A stretch of 64,000 nt of DNA from Antechinus flavipes. Lineage: Eukaryota. The stretch lies in the NCBI RefSeq assembly GCF_016432865.1, contig NC_067398.1:678094001-678158000 (forward strand), written 5' to 3'. The notes beneath the pieces were generated by a model that ran no database searches, was not told the origin of the DNA, and saw nothing but the letters and a program-made list of their open reading frames with translations. The position numbers and the translations under genes are program-made. Each line of letters opens with the position of its first letter. Position 1 is the first letter of the stretch. Positions 50,991 to 61,739 of the stretch are shown here, piece by piece.

Positions 50991-51009
50991 ATCTAAAGAG
51001 AAGAGAGTA

Positions 51010-51250
51010 TTCATGAAAATGGGGTAACAGTATTAAAAGCTTCAGAAATATTGAGAAAAGATCATTTGGTTTTGAAATTAAGAGATTGTTAATAACATTG
51101 AGAGGATGAAGAGATTGTTAATAACATTGAGAGGATGATTTCATTTTAATGATGAAGTACCTCTTGTACACAAAGTATCTCAAAGACTTTGAACAGAAAA
51201 AGAAAGAGCGATAAGGAATAATAGCTATCAGGGACAAATGGGTAAAGTGA
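51010..51250 (-). mobile_element. L2 fragment with a 29-bp tandem duplication (51080/51109)
   Basis: aagagattgttaataacattgagaggatg occurs twice in an L2-like context. Confidence 0.4.
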
Positions 51251-51475
51251 TGATTTTTGTTTCTTTGTTTTTGTAGATGGAGTAGTAGAGAAATAGTCAG
51301 TAGACAAGCAGAGATTGTAGTGTGAGACAATGGGACAATAGAGGAACATTCTGCTGTGTAAAGGATGAAGTAAAGAAAGCACATATTTTGGAGTTTGCAG
51401 TCAGAACATATGGAGATAATATATTGTCTTTTCTACTCTCTTGACTGTGATATGTATACTTACTTGATCCTACAG

Positions 51476-51592
51476 GTAGTGAGGTTGCTATAGTGCCTGT
51501 CACACATATCCCAGATCATGAAGCACCAGGAGAAAAGGAAGTACTGACCACCAGTGGCCCTCTGGTACCTGAATCTACTGTAGGCCCTGTGG
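51476..51592 (+). CDS. Small exon, 117 nt (SEVAIVPVTHIPDHEAPGEKEVLTTSGPLVPESTVGPV)
   Basis: cctacag|GT ... GTG G|GTAAGT; phase 1-1. Confidence 0.8.
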
Positions 51593-52300
51593 GTAAGTAA
51601 ATACCTCTTTTCTTTCTCTTGTGCTGGTATTCACCCTTCCTGGGTCTTTCCCCCAGTTTTGAGACAAGATATGGACTCATCTTCAGTCTAAGAGCAAGAC
51701 ACTGATAGGGGAATTTATAATTAGAGTGCAAGATTTGGCAGCTTCATCTGCTATATTATTTTCTTCACTGAAGTATGTTGTGATAAAAAAATGAAGAACT
51801 ACTAGGGATTTGGTATTTTTCAATATTCACTTGCATGCACACATTATTACTTCCCTGATAAAAGTCATCCATAGGAAGGCAAGAGTCTTTTTCATTCTTG
51901 TCTATGCATTCCCAGCATCTAAAGCCCCAAAATGAATGGCACATAAGAGTAGTTGATGCTTTTGATTTTTGATGAGAACATGTATCCACCAGGCAGGCAG
52001 ACTGTCTGAGCCTGGATCCCTAGACTTGTGCCAAGAAGTCAGGGAGATCTGCCTAAGGCACTGATCTCTTATTATTTAGTAATTCTCATGGTGGGGTGGT
52101 CTCATAGACCCAGGCAGAATCCTTTTTGTTATTGAAAATTCTTGTCGAGGAGAAAGCTGAACATTGGAAAGTAATGTGAGAAGTTGGGATTTCATTGTTT
52201 TTCCCAAGAAGGAAGTAGTCTTTAACAGGCAATTTCCAAATGACCCCAAACTTTCCCCATCAACTCTTAGGCACATTTCAACCAAATGCTCTGGTCATAG

Positions 52301-55300
52301 GATTCTCTACCAGGAGCATAGTAACATTGAAGAATATGAGTAGGTCTGACTTGGAAAGAGAATCAGCACAGTTCACCAACACTCCCATGACTGGTTCTAC
52401 TATGAGAGATTCCATTTCAGATGCTGAAACAGAAACATTCACCGTGGAGACTATGCCAGCTACAACAACTGCTCAGCCCTCCCTTCTTCTCACTATGGCC
52501 ACTGTAAAAGGTGACCACAGCCCTGCGACACACAGGACAACCATGCACTCTCCCACAGAAGCTTCAACTCCGTCTGAGACATCTCTTGGAGTGACCATGG
52601 GGGTGGGAAGCCCCACAGTTTCCATGACTCCGGCAGAACTGACAGCCAGCACAGTCTCTGATGGTCCCTTAAAGGTCAACCCAACTGAGAAGATTTCTTC
52701 TACATCCCTTTTGGACACACTTGTATCAGAAAGATCTCCTAGAGAGAGTCACAGTACCACTCTGACTCCATGGCCCACTGCAGTTGACTCCATCCATATC
52801 ACTGCCTCACCCCCAGGAATGGAAATCAGCTCCATGTTGCCTCTATCTTCAATTCCTGCAGCTGCCAGTGATAAAGAAACCACGCCAAGCCTAGATTTGC
52901 CCATGAAGCATACTCCCTCAGAGCAACAGGATGTTCAGACTGTAACGGAGCAAGGGTCAGCTGCCCTGTCCTCCACTGTTTCCAGCATCATTCCAACATC
53001 TGTTGGAGGGGACACAAGCATTTTCTTGGTGTCTACAGAAGGTCCAAGAGAGGATAAAACAGTTTCTAGCACTTTGCCAGACACTCCTGGAATCACTCAG
53101 ACAGAGCAGATTCATTCTACAAGCCGAGGAGGGCCTGACAGAAGCTTCACCTCTTCTCTGGCCCCTCTAAGTGAAGGAGGCAGCTATGCTAGGACTGTCC
53201 CCTCGCCCTCTGTAGAAGGCATGACAAGCCCGGCTGAACCTATCTTGGAGTTCACAGAGCCCACACTTCCAGAGGAGGGCACTCCCTCTGTTGCACCAGT
53301 GACTGAATTCAGCACCACGGACAGTGGAAAGTTACAGAGTAGTTTGGACTCCACCAGCACCCCAGTGTGGGAGACTAGTAGACCAGGCAGCACTGAAGCT
53401 TCAGATACCAGCACACTCAGCCCAGGGAAGTTTCATCCTGCTGAGAGTACAGCTAACCTCATGCCAAGTCCTATGGGAGGGTCCAGCCCAGAACCAGCTG
53501 TCTACACCACTCTATCCCATACTTCAGATATTACTACAGAGACCAAGCTTAGAGGAGAGACAGACTTGTCCTCGATATTAACCACACCAGCATCTGCTGT
53601 CTCCATCATCACTATCTCGGAGGCTCTGCCTGGAATAAGAACAGGGGTTCCCTGGTCCTTGACCTCAGCTGAAAACACAGATATCACCACAGATATCACC
53701 ATGATTGGTAAAGATACTATGTCTACTTTGCCACAGACCTTTTCTCCTCCATCTCCAGACATCTTATCTGAGGTTACTTACAAGGCTGAGGACATGAGCT
53801 CCAATGTTCCCAGGACTGAAAGCATAAAGGTCACAGACATGACCTCTCTTTATCCTAAAGATACTACCAACCAACAATTTTTGGGGACAGTGGAGGAGAG
53901 TAGCACAAGTGTTTCACTGATCACTTCTTCACTTGGACCTCCTGTGTCCTCAGCCTCTATTATGGGAGAAGTAACAAATATGTCAGGTACCACTACTGAC
54001 TCAATGCAAGTGACTACCACACATGGAATCCCAAATAGAGACTCAGAGAGGACCTCAAGTCTCCCATTGGCCACAGAGGACACAGACAATACTTCTACAG
54101 CCAAGATGCCTGGCAACATCTCTGTGCTCCCTACAGAGCACAGCACAGAAGATCAAATGAGTTCAGCCCTGCTTCCTACCACCAGTCCCAGTTCCATGGC
54201 TCTCTCTGTTCCAAGAACAGTTTCCCCCTCATCTACCACAGCTGAAACCAGGACTCTCACCATCACTGGAACAGATAGCATCTCTTCTTCAACTCCTATA
54301 ACCTCATCTGGAGTTACTCCCTTCACTGAGAACATGAGCTCAACTGCCTCCAGGACTGATGCCACAAGTCTCATCTTTAGCACTAAAATCACAGACATTG
54401 TCCCTTTCTCCCCTATGGTCACTTTCAGACCTGAACTCCCAAGTATGGTACCAGAGAAAAGTACAAATTCCCCACTGACCACAATTTCTATTAAAGTTCC
54501 AGTGTTCTCAGATACTAATCCTGTAGGCTCATTGGTCACCTCTGTTGGCTCAACTCCCTTGGAGACTACTCATGGTGTTCCACATGCAGACTTAGAGAAA
54601 ACCTCTGAGCTTCTTCTGACTTCCTTAACCACAGAGACTACAGAAAGTACTATTACAAGCAGAGCAACAGAAGGCATCACCTCAGCTTCTCCAGAGTTCA
54701 ACACAGGAGCTGAAATGAGCTCAGCCATTCCTTCTACCACAAGTCCAGCAGAGATTACAAAAATTTCTGAGGCCATGACATCCAGAGATATAAGCCCTTC
54801 TTCCATGTCACCAGGGGTGCCTACAGTGACTCCTGTCCATATTGGATCAGATTCAAGTCTGGCTTCCGTGACCCAGGATAAGCTATCCAAAACTCAAAGT
54901 CAATCAATCCTTACCAAAGTCCCACAGGAGAGTGACACAGAATTCCCTTGGTCTTCTACTGCAACTGAGGCCACTAAATCAGTGACCATAACAGATTCCA
55001 CTCCAATCTCAGAGTTTCAGGAGAGCCAGGCTTCCAAGCATGGCACTATCCCAGGAACAGAGGCCAGTAGGAACTATCCCACTTTATCTCCTTCAGAAAG
55101 CCCCATGACACATGATACTAGTCCTGAGAGGGCAACAAGCACTGATCAAGCACTGTCCACTTTGCCAGCTGAGAAATTACCTGAAACAGGTACCAGCTCG
55201 GCTACTTTTGTTTCCAAAATGCTTTCTGATGTCACTTCTTCAGAACCATGGACAAGTACTGAAGGGTTTGAAAGTCAAAGCATGTCTATCCTGGAGATGG

Positions 55301-55810
55301 AAACTGTCCTAGCAATTAGTACAGACCCTGCTATGACTTTTATCTCCCCACTGTCAAAGACCACAACTCCTGTCAGCATGGATATGGAAACTAATTTACC
55401 TTCTTGGGCAGCCAGCCCCTCCTCAAAAGTAGAAACAACTTCCAGTCTGGTTGATATCACTGTGGAAGAAACCTCCCAAGGAAGAGGAACTCATAGTCCC
55501 ATCCATGAATCTCCAAGTTCAAGTCCGGGCCCTTCTTCTGCCTTAACTACTCCTGAGACTTGGACAATAACAGGTGCCCTTGAAAATACTTCCCCGTTGG
55601 AGGACTCAGAGTCAGCTGGCCTTACTACAGAGTCTATGAGGAGCTCAGGGGAGACACCAACTCTAGATGTCAGTCTGCCTCCATCCAGAACACAGGAAAT
55701 CTTGATAGCATCTCCAAGCCCAACCTCCATGGCCACAGAAATCAGCAGTTCCAGAGCAGAGACGGCCTCTGTTTCTGCTCAAGTACCTTCCACTTCCACC
55801 CTGTTCACAA
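52301..55810 (+). CDS. Mucin large exon, 3510 nt
   Basis: ctggtcatag|GA ... TTC ACA A|GTAAGC; 1170 codons; ORF 52240..55863. Confidence 0.85.
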
Positions 55811-56290
55811 GTAAGCATATTTTAAGTAAGCCTCCCTTGGATGGGTTTGGGGTGTGGTCCTAGAGGAAATAGATGGTGTCTGTCCAGGGAGGGAAGGTCT
55901 AATGTCTTTCTAAAAAACAGGAAGGAATCTTCTTTCCTTGTCCTTTCCCTCTTTAGCCACTTTAGGGCCTTCTCCTTAGTGCCATATCTATTGAATCAAT
56001 GTGGTCACCTATTTCTATGGGAGGGCAGTTTCACAGTTTCTGTGCTAAAGTGATTCTCCTTTTCTCATTGGTGGGATCCTGATTTCTAAGTCTAACTTTT
56101 ATGGATTATCCACTAGTGAGTTAGTGCTTTGGAAGGAAAAAAGTTTTTTGTCATATGGGAAGAAGTCTGAGAAAGCACGTAAATTTTGGGACTTTACAAT
56201 CGGTGGCAATAATGTACTTCTCTTTTTGTGCCCGCTAATAATGACATGACTGAGCTCTGGGCTCTCCTTTCCCCTCATCTCTCCCTGCAG

Positions 56291-56404
56291 GTGGTGATGC
56301 TGGTGTTGTGCCGGTCACACATGCCTCAGGCCATGGAGTACCAGGAAGCATAGCAGCACTGACCAGAGGTCCTCTGATACCTAGGTCTACTCTTATTCCC
56401 ACAG
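56291..56404 (+). CDS. Small exon, 114 nt (GDAGVVPVTHASGHGVPGSIAALTRGPLIPRSTLIPT), GC donor
   Basis: ctctccctgcag|GT ... ACA G|GCAAGT; phase 1-1. Confidence 0.7.
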
Positions 56405-57054
56405 GCAAGTAGACACCTTCTTTCTGTCTCCCCTTTTGGAAGGTCACATCTTTATGACCTTGTATCTCAGTTTTACAGATAACATATGAGATTATTTAAG
56501 AGATGATTCATCTTCAAAGTTTGAGAACAAGAGTTCAGGATGGGGGTCTTAAATCATGACCATATCTTCTAGCTGTTCCCCCCTAAACCTTAATTCCTGG
56601 AATGTTGTGAGAGTAGCCTCTGAAAGTATAGCTAGTTGGGAACCATATTTACTTACTCAAGCTTGAGAAACACAGGAGGAACCACATCCTCTCCACAGAA
56701 ACTTCTTCAGTTCATCTGAGACATCTGGAGCCATCATAGGCATTGCAAACCTCCAACTCTTCCTGATGCCAGAAAAGGTTACAATTTGTTTTGTTAGAGT
56801 AGTCATTTCCACAAGGACAGGGACCAAATGATTCCTCTTTATCTTTTCATCCTTAATACCTAGCACAGTGTTTGGTACATAGATTGTGTTTGCTAAATGC
56901 TTATTTATCATTGTGTCATTTGTATTATCCATACAGACTATCTGAGTCTGGTTCCGTAGTCCATGTGTTTTTGGATGCTAGAAGAACTTCAGTTAAGCAT
57001 CCATCCAATATAGTTAAAATTCAGTATTAATGTGGCTTTCCATGAGGAAGCAGT

Positions 57055-57300
57055 GATGAATGAATAAAAACCCTGAACATTTATTACATGCTTAGTCTCC
57101 ACCAAGGACTACGCTAAGAGCTGGGGCTATAAGCACAAAAGCAAAGATAACTCCTGCCTTCAAGGAATTTGTTTTCTAATAAGGAAAACAACACATATGA
57201 AGAAGTGGTAGCCAGTAAGGGGGAATTTAATCTTGCATGGTACAGGGATGGTGAACGAAGGCCTAGGAGACTATGTGGACATACTACAATGGAGGAGAAT
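57055..57300 (-). mobile_element. L2 3' fragment
   Basis: tgaatgaataaa...catttatta...ctgccttcaagga. Confidence 0.5.
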
Positions 57301-57737
57301 TGACAAAATTTAATCATAGTTCCAGATCTGGAGAATATCTGGAAGATGAAAATATATGCACCTGGTTGAGGGTAAAGAGTAAAGCAATAACCTTGGATTC
57401 CATGACATAGATCAGGAGAGGCAGTTACTGATAAGTACTGTGAAAATCCAGGGCAGACTTTATAGGAATTAAACAGGAATCCTGCAGGACTAGTCTTTGA
57501 TGTGGACTTCAGGGCCATGATGAGGCTATAGAAGAGATGGCCAGAGTGCAGGTTAAAGTCCCTAAACAAGGTTGATGGAAATGCAAAGGATAAAGTGCCC
57601 ATGAGGAAGATAAAGTGAAGCATTAGGGATCAAGTGTTATCCTTAGAAAATAAAAAATTCTGCTGAAAGAAAATGGATATCCCTGCCAAAGTCTCACCAA
57701 ACCTCCTCACATAACAACCAACTACTCTGGCCCCAAG

Positions 57738-59146
57738 ATTCTCCAGGAACACTGAAGAGAGTTAGTGAGTCTGATGTGACAGGGAAGTTAAGTGTCTACC
57801 AGCACCCCCATGACCAGCTCCACAGTGACAGATTCTGTTTCAGAGAGTGCAAGAGATAGTTATTAGGGAAATCACTACAGGCACAATCACCTGGGGCTCT
57901 CATCTTTCTGTGGTCAAGGTCAAAAAGGGACTCAGACTTGAGACAGAAGAACAGTATCTTTCCCCATAGAAACATCAATTCTTCCTGAATAACTTCATCA
58001 TGAGCTACCTATAAAAGCTGAGGACATAAACTTAACTCTCCATGATTCTGCAACCACAAATCTGATCCTCAGCAAAAATGTTATCCCTTTTTCCTGTATG
58101 GTCACTCTTAGCCCTGAAATCCCAAAGTGGCAGAGCACAAAAAAAATCCCAATGACCACTCCCTGTCCCTAAAACTCCAGTCTCACAGTACTCCTGGAGT
58201 AATCAATCACTTCTACTGGCTTGAGGAGACAATGGCTAATTGTATCCCATATGTAGGCTTAGAGAAAATTAGAGCTTTCCCTAGCCATCTTAGTCATAGA
58301 AGTTAATATTGTAAATATAGTTTTCCCTAATACTAGTTTGAGAGATTTCAGAAAGTTAGGAGATTCAGACTCAGAGAGAAAAGCTCTACATCCAAGTGAC
58401 CAGTGGTAACCACAGTGACCTCTGCCTATGTTGGGTCAGATTTAAGTCTGACTGCTTTGATCTGTCTGATCAACTTGTCTGAGCTACCTGAGACACAAAA
58501 TCTAGTGATCCATAAAATTCTACAGGAGAGTAACACCAAATCCTCATTTTCTCTTACTACAATTGAAGCTTCTGGAGCAAGATCCAGTTTTTGCAGCTTT
58601 TATTCTTACCCCCAGGACTAGGGGAGGCCCAGACTTCCATAGATACTATCTAAGACAGAGAAACTTTATCTTATATTCTTCCTCAGAAAATCCCAGGACA
58701 CATATCACTGGACCTGAGTACCAAGTACAAACCAAGCACTGTCCACTCTGTCAACCTCAAGAAATCACTGGAAAATAGGGACTAGCTCAGCCCCCTCTGT
58801 TTTCACAAAACTGCCTAACGTCACTGCATTAGCATCAGAGATAGATACCCCAAGGTCTTTTGAAGGGCAAAGTACAGCTACCTTGGGGCCCAACATTGTT
58901 CCAGCAATAGGGCTCAGCCCTGCTGTGACCTTGATCTCTCCACTGTCAAAGGTCACAATTTCTAACAATACAAATATGGAAACTATGTCAAAGTCTGTTG
59001 TCTAGGCAACCAGTCCCTCACCACAGGTATAAATAAGCTTTCCCAATATGGTTGTTACCACCTTTGTTGGATCCTTTCTGAACTCTTCCTCAAATACCCA
59101 ATCCCCAATCCAGTCCATGAACCTGCTAGTTCTGCCTTGATCATAA
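57738..59146 (+). pseudogene. Decayed large exon (3' part paralogous to the 44511..48485 exon)
   Basis: 58800-58990 aligns with ~47905-48080; ends ataa|gtaagcagacttctaattaa like 48486; no long ORF. Confidence 0.7.
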
Positions 59147-59251
59147 GTAAGCAGACTTCTAATTAAACTTCACTTTAAGGGGTATTGATGTGGCCCTTGG
59201 GAATATGGGTGGATCAGTGAAATGAGAATTTTTTCTGGGTTAAAGATGATG

Positions 59252-59480
59252 ATAATATAGTTAACATTTTAAGGTTTGCAATGTGTTTTATACGTATTAT
59301 CTGATTTTAGTTTCACAGGAAAGCAGATGTTACTTTAGAGCCCTATTTTCTAGATGAGGAAACTGAGGCAGACATAGATTATGTGATCCTTTCAAGGTCA
59401 CCCAAACTAGTGTCTGAGTCTGTATTTGAATGCAGATCTTACTGATTTCTGATCTAGAACACTCTCCACTTGGCCACAAG
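59252..59480 (-). mobile_element. MIR-type SINE
   Basis: ctattttctagatgaggaaactgaggcag...aaggtcacccaaactagtgtctgag. Confidence 0.6.
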
Positions 59481-59839
59481 AATATCCTTTTCGGCATTTT
59501 CCTCTTTGAACCTTTATTTTGAGCCATTTTTGCACTTGAGTGGTCAGACATGCTATTTACTCCCTTGGAGTAAAATCTAGTGACCTTTGTTACCAGCTCA
59601 TTTTCCTCTTCTTGGGGGACAGGGATGGAGTGAAATGCTGACATTTCCCGTGATTCTAACAAATGTTAGGATTTTGCGATAGTGAAAAAGGACTTTGTCA
59701 TGGGAGTTTTCTGCAACTAGCATGTAGGAAGAAGGAACAGAAAAGTACAATTTGGGGCCTTCAAAAAGTACATATAGGGACATATTTTTCATAGTATCTC
59801 GCAAGTCTCATATTATCAATCTGTGGATCCATCCATCCT

Positions 59840-60260
59840 TTTTTAAAAAAAATTCATTTTTAAATTCAGCCCCTCCCCTGCCCATTGAGAGGAAGAAACA
59901 TATGATAATATAAATGTCACATGTATATGACTGAAAGTCATGCAACACATATTTCTGTATTAGCCATGTTGCAAAAAAGCAAGAAAAATAAAAATAGCAA
60001 AAAAAGTACTTTAGTCGGACTCTGATCATCAGTTCTCTCTTTGGAGGTAGATACATTTTTATCATGGGTACTTTGCAATTATCTTAGGTTGCATTGATCA
60101 GAGTAGTTATTGATCTTTCACAGTTGATCATCATTTCATATTGCTGTTCCTGTCTACAGTGTTCTCTTGTTTCTACTCACTTCACTTTGCATCAGTTCTT
60201 ATAAATCTTCCCAGATATTTCTGAAACCATTGTGTTCATCATTTTTTAACAGCACAATAG
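59840..60260 (-). mobile_element. Older marsupial L1-type 3' end fragment
   Basis: atcagttctctctttggaggtagat...gcattgatcagagta...cacttcactttgcatcagttc. Confidence 0.55.
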
Positions 60261-60262
60261 TG

Positions 60263-60497
60263 ATGTTCGTTGAGTCATTTTTCAGTGATGTGTCACCCTT
60301 CATGACCACAGTTGGGATTTTTTTGGGCAACGAGTGATTGCTATTTCTCTCTCCAGCTCATTTCACAGATGAGCAACTGAAGCAGGGAGGATAAATTGAC
60401 TTGCCCAGGATTACATAGTTGTGTTTGCGGTCATATTTGAGCTCATTCAGATGAATCTTCCTGATTCTAAGCTCAGTGCTCTATCCACTGCCCCACC
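60263..60497 (-). mobile_element. Mar1-like SINE
   Basis: gttcgttgagtcattt...catgaccacagttgggatttt...ccagctcatttcacagatgag...ctctatccactg. Confidence 0.7.
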
Positions 60498-60557
60498 CAT
60501 CATATACCACAATTTGTTCAATCACCTCCCAATTAAATCCCTCATTCATTCTTACAG

Positions 60558-60671
60558 GTGGTGAGGTTAGTGTGGTGGCGGCTACACGCATCCCAGGCCA
60601 AGGAGCAGCAAGAGGCACTGCAGCACTGACAAGTGCCTCCCCAGTGACTTTGTCTACAAGCAGTCCCACAA
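60558..60671 (+). CDS. Small exon, 114 nt (GEVSVVAATRIPGQGAARGTAALTSASPVTLSTSSPT)
   Basis: ttcttacag|GT ... ACA A|GTAAGC; phase 1-1. Confidence 0.8.
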
Positions 60672-61183
60672 GTAAGCAGAAGCCTCATTTCTGCCTTCTC
60701 TTCTGGGGTTCATCATTCTTAGTTCCTTCTTTCTTGCCCCTTGTAGATGATAGATGGAATTTTCTTCACAATTTGAAAAAGACCTCAGAAGAGAATTTGT
60801 CATCAAACTATATGGAGCTGTTTCCATTGCTTTCTCTCAGACTCTGGAGGCTCTGGAGAAACTGTTAGGGATTTTGCATGTGAAAGAAAACACAATCTTT
60901 ATTATTACATGATCAGAATATTAGCCACATGTAACATAGACTGTATATTCTACTTAACCCTAAATTTAACTCTTCTGTGGATCCTCAACTGAGGATGAGA
61001 AAAAAAACCTTGCTCATTTTGCCATTTTTTCCAGCCCCTATCAGCTGTATTGTTTTAGTTGTAGGATTATATTAATTAATAAATGGTCATAAATATCCTG
61101 AGCCCCCAGTAAAACTAGAGCTAGATGGAGATGGTAAATTAAAAAAAATCTATTGTCTATATTAGCAGAAACTGCTAGTTTGA

Positions 61184-61392
61184 AAATAACTGTATGGACA
61201 TGTATACATATATTGTATTTAACATATACTTTAACATATTTAACATGTATTGGTCTATCTGCCATCTGGGGGAGGGGGGATGAGGAGGGAAGGAGGGGAA
61301 AAATTGGAACAAAAGGTTTTGCAATTGTCAATGCTGAAAAATTACCCATGCATATATCTTGTAAATAAAAAAGCTATAATAATAATAAGAAA
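61184..61392 (+). mobile_element. 5'-truncated young L1 (3' end) with 17-bp TSD
   Basis: Same family as 40718 in the opposite orientation; aaataaaaaagctataataata tail; agaaactgctagtttga at 61167-61183 and 61393-61409. Confidence 0.8.
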
Positions 61393-61739
61393 AGAAACTG
61401 CTAGTTTGATACCTGGACTAGTATCCATCAGGCAGTCTCTCTGATCTCCAATCCTTATACTATTTTGCATTTGGGTGTCAGGCCAGGTTCATTTAAGCAA
61501 TACTATTCTTATTATGAGAAATTTTCAGGTGGCCACTCTTCCTTCCACAGCAGTGGATCCCCATTGCTTGGAGGTTCGAAATTTTGCTCAGAGAAATGGT
61601 CATACTGAGAAAGGAGTTTGAATTTGGAGTCAAGGAATTTGAATAGTGAGGTTGGATGATATCTGTGTGAATCTCTGTCATAATGACCTAAGTCCTTATC
61701 AATTCTTAGGTATATCCCAACCAAGTACTTTGGTCACAG

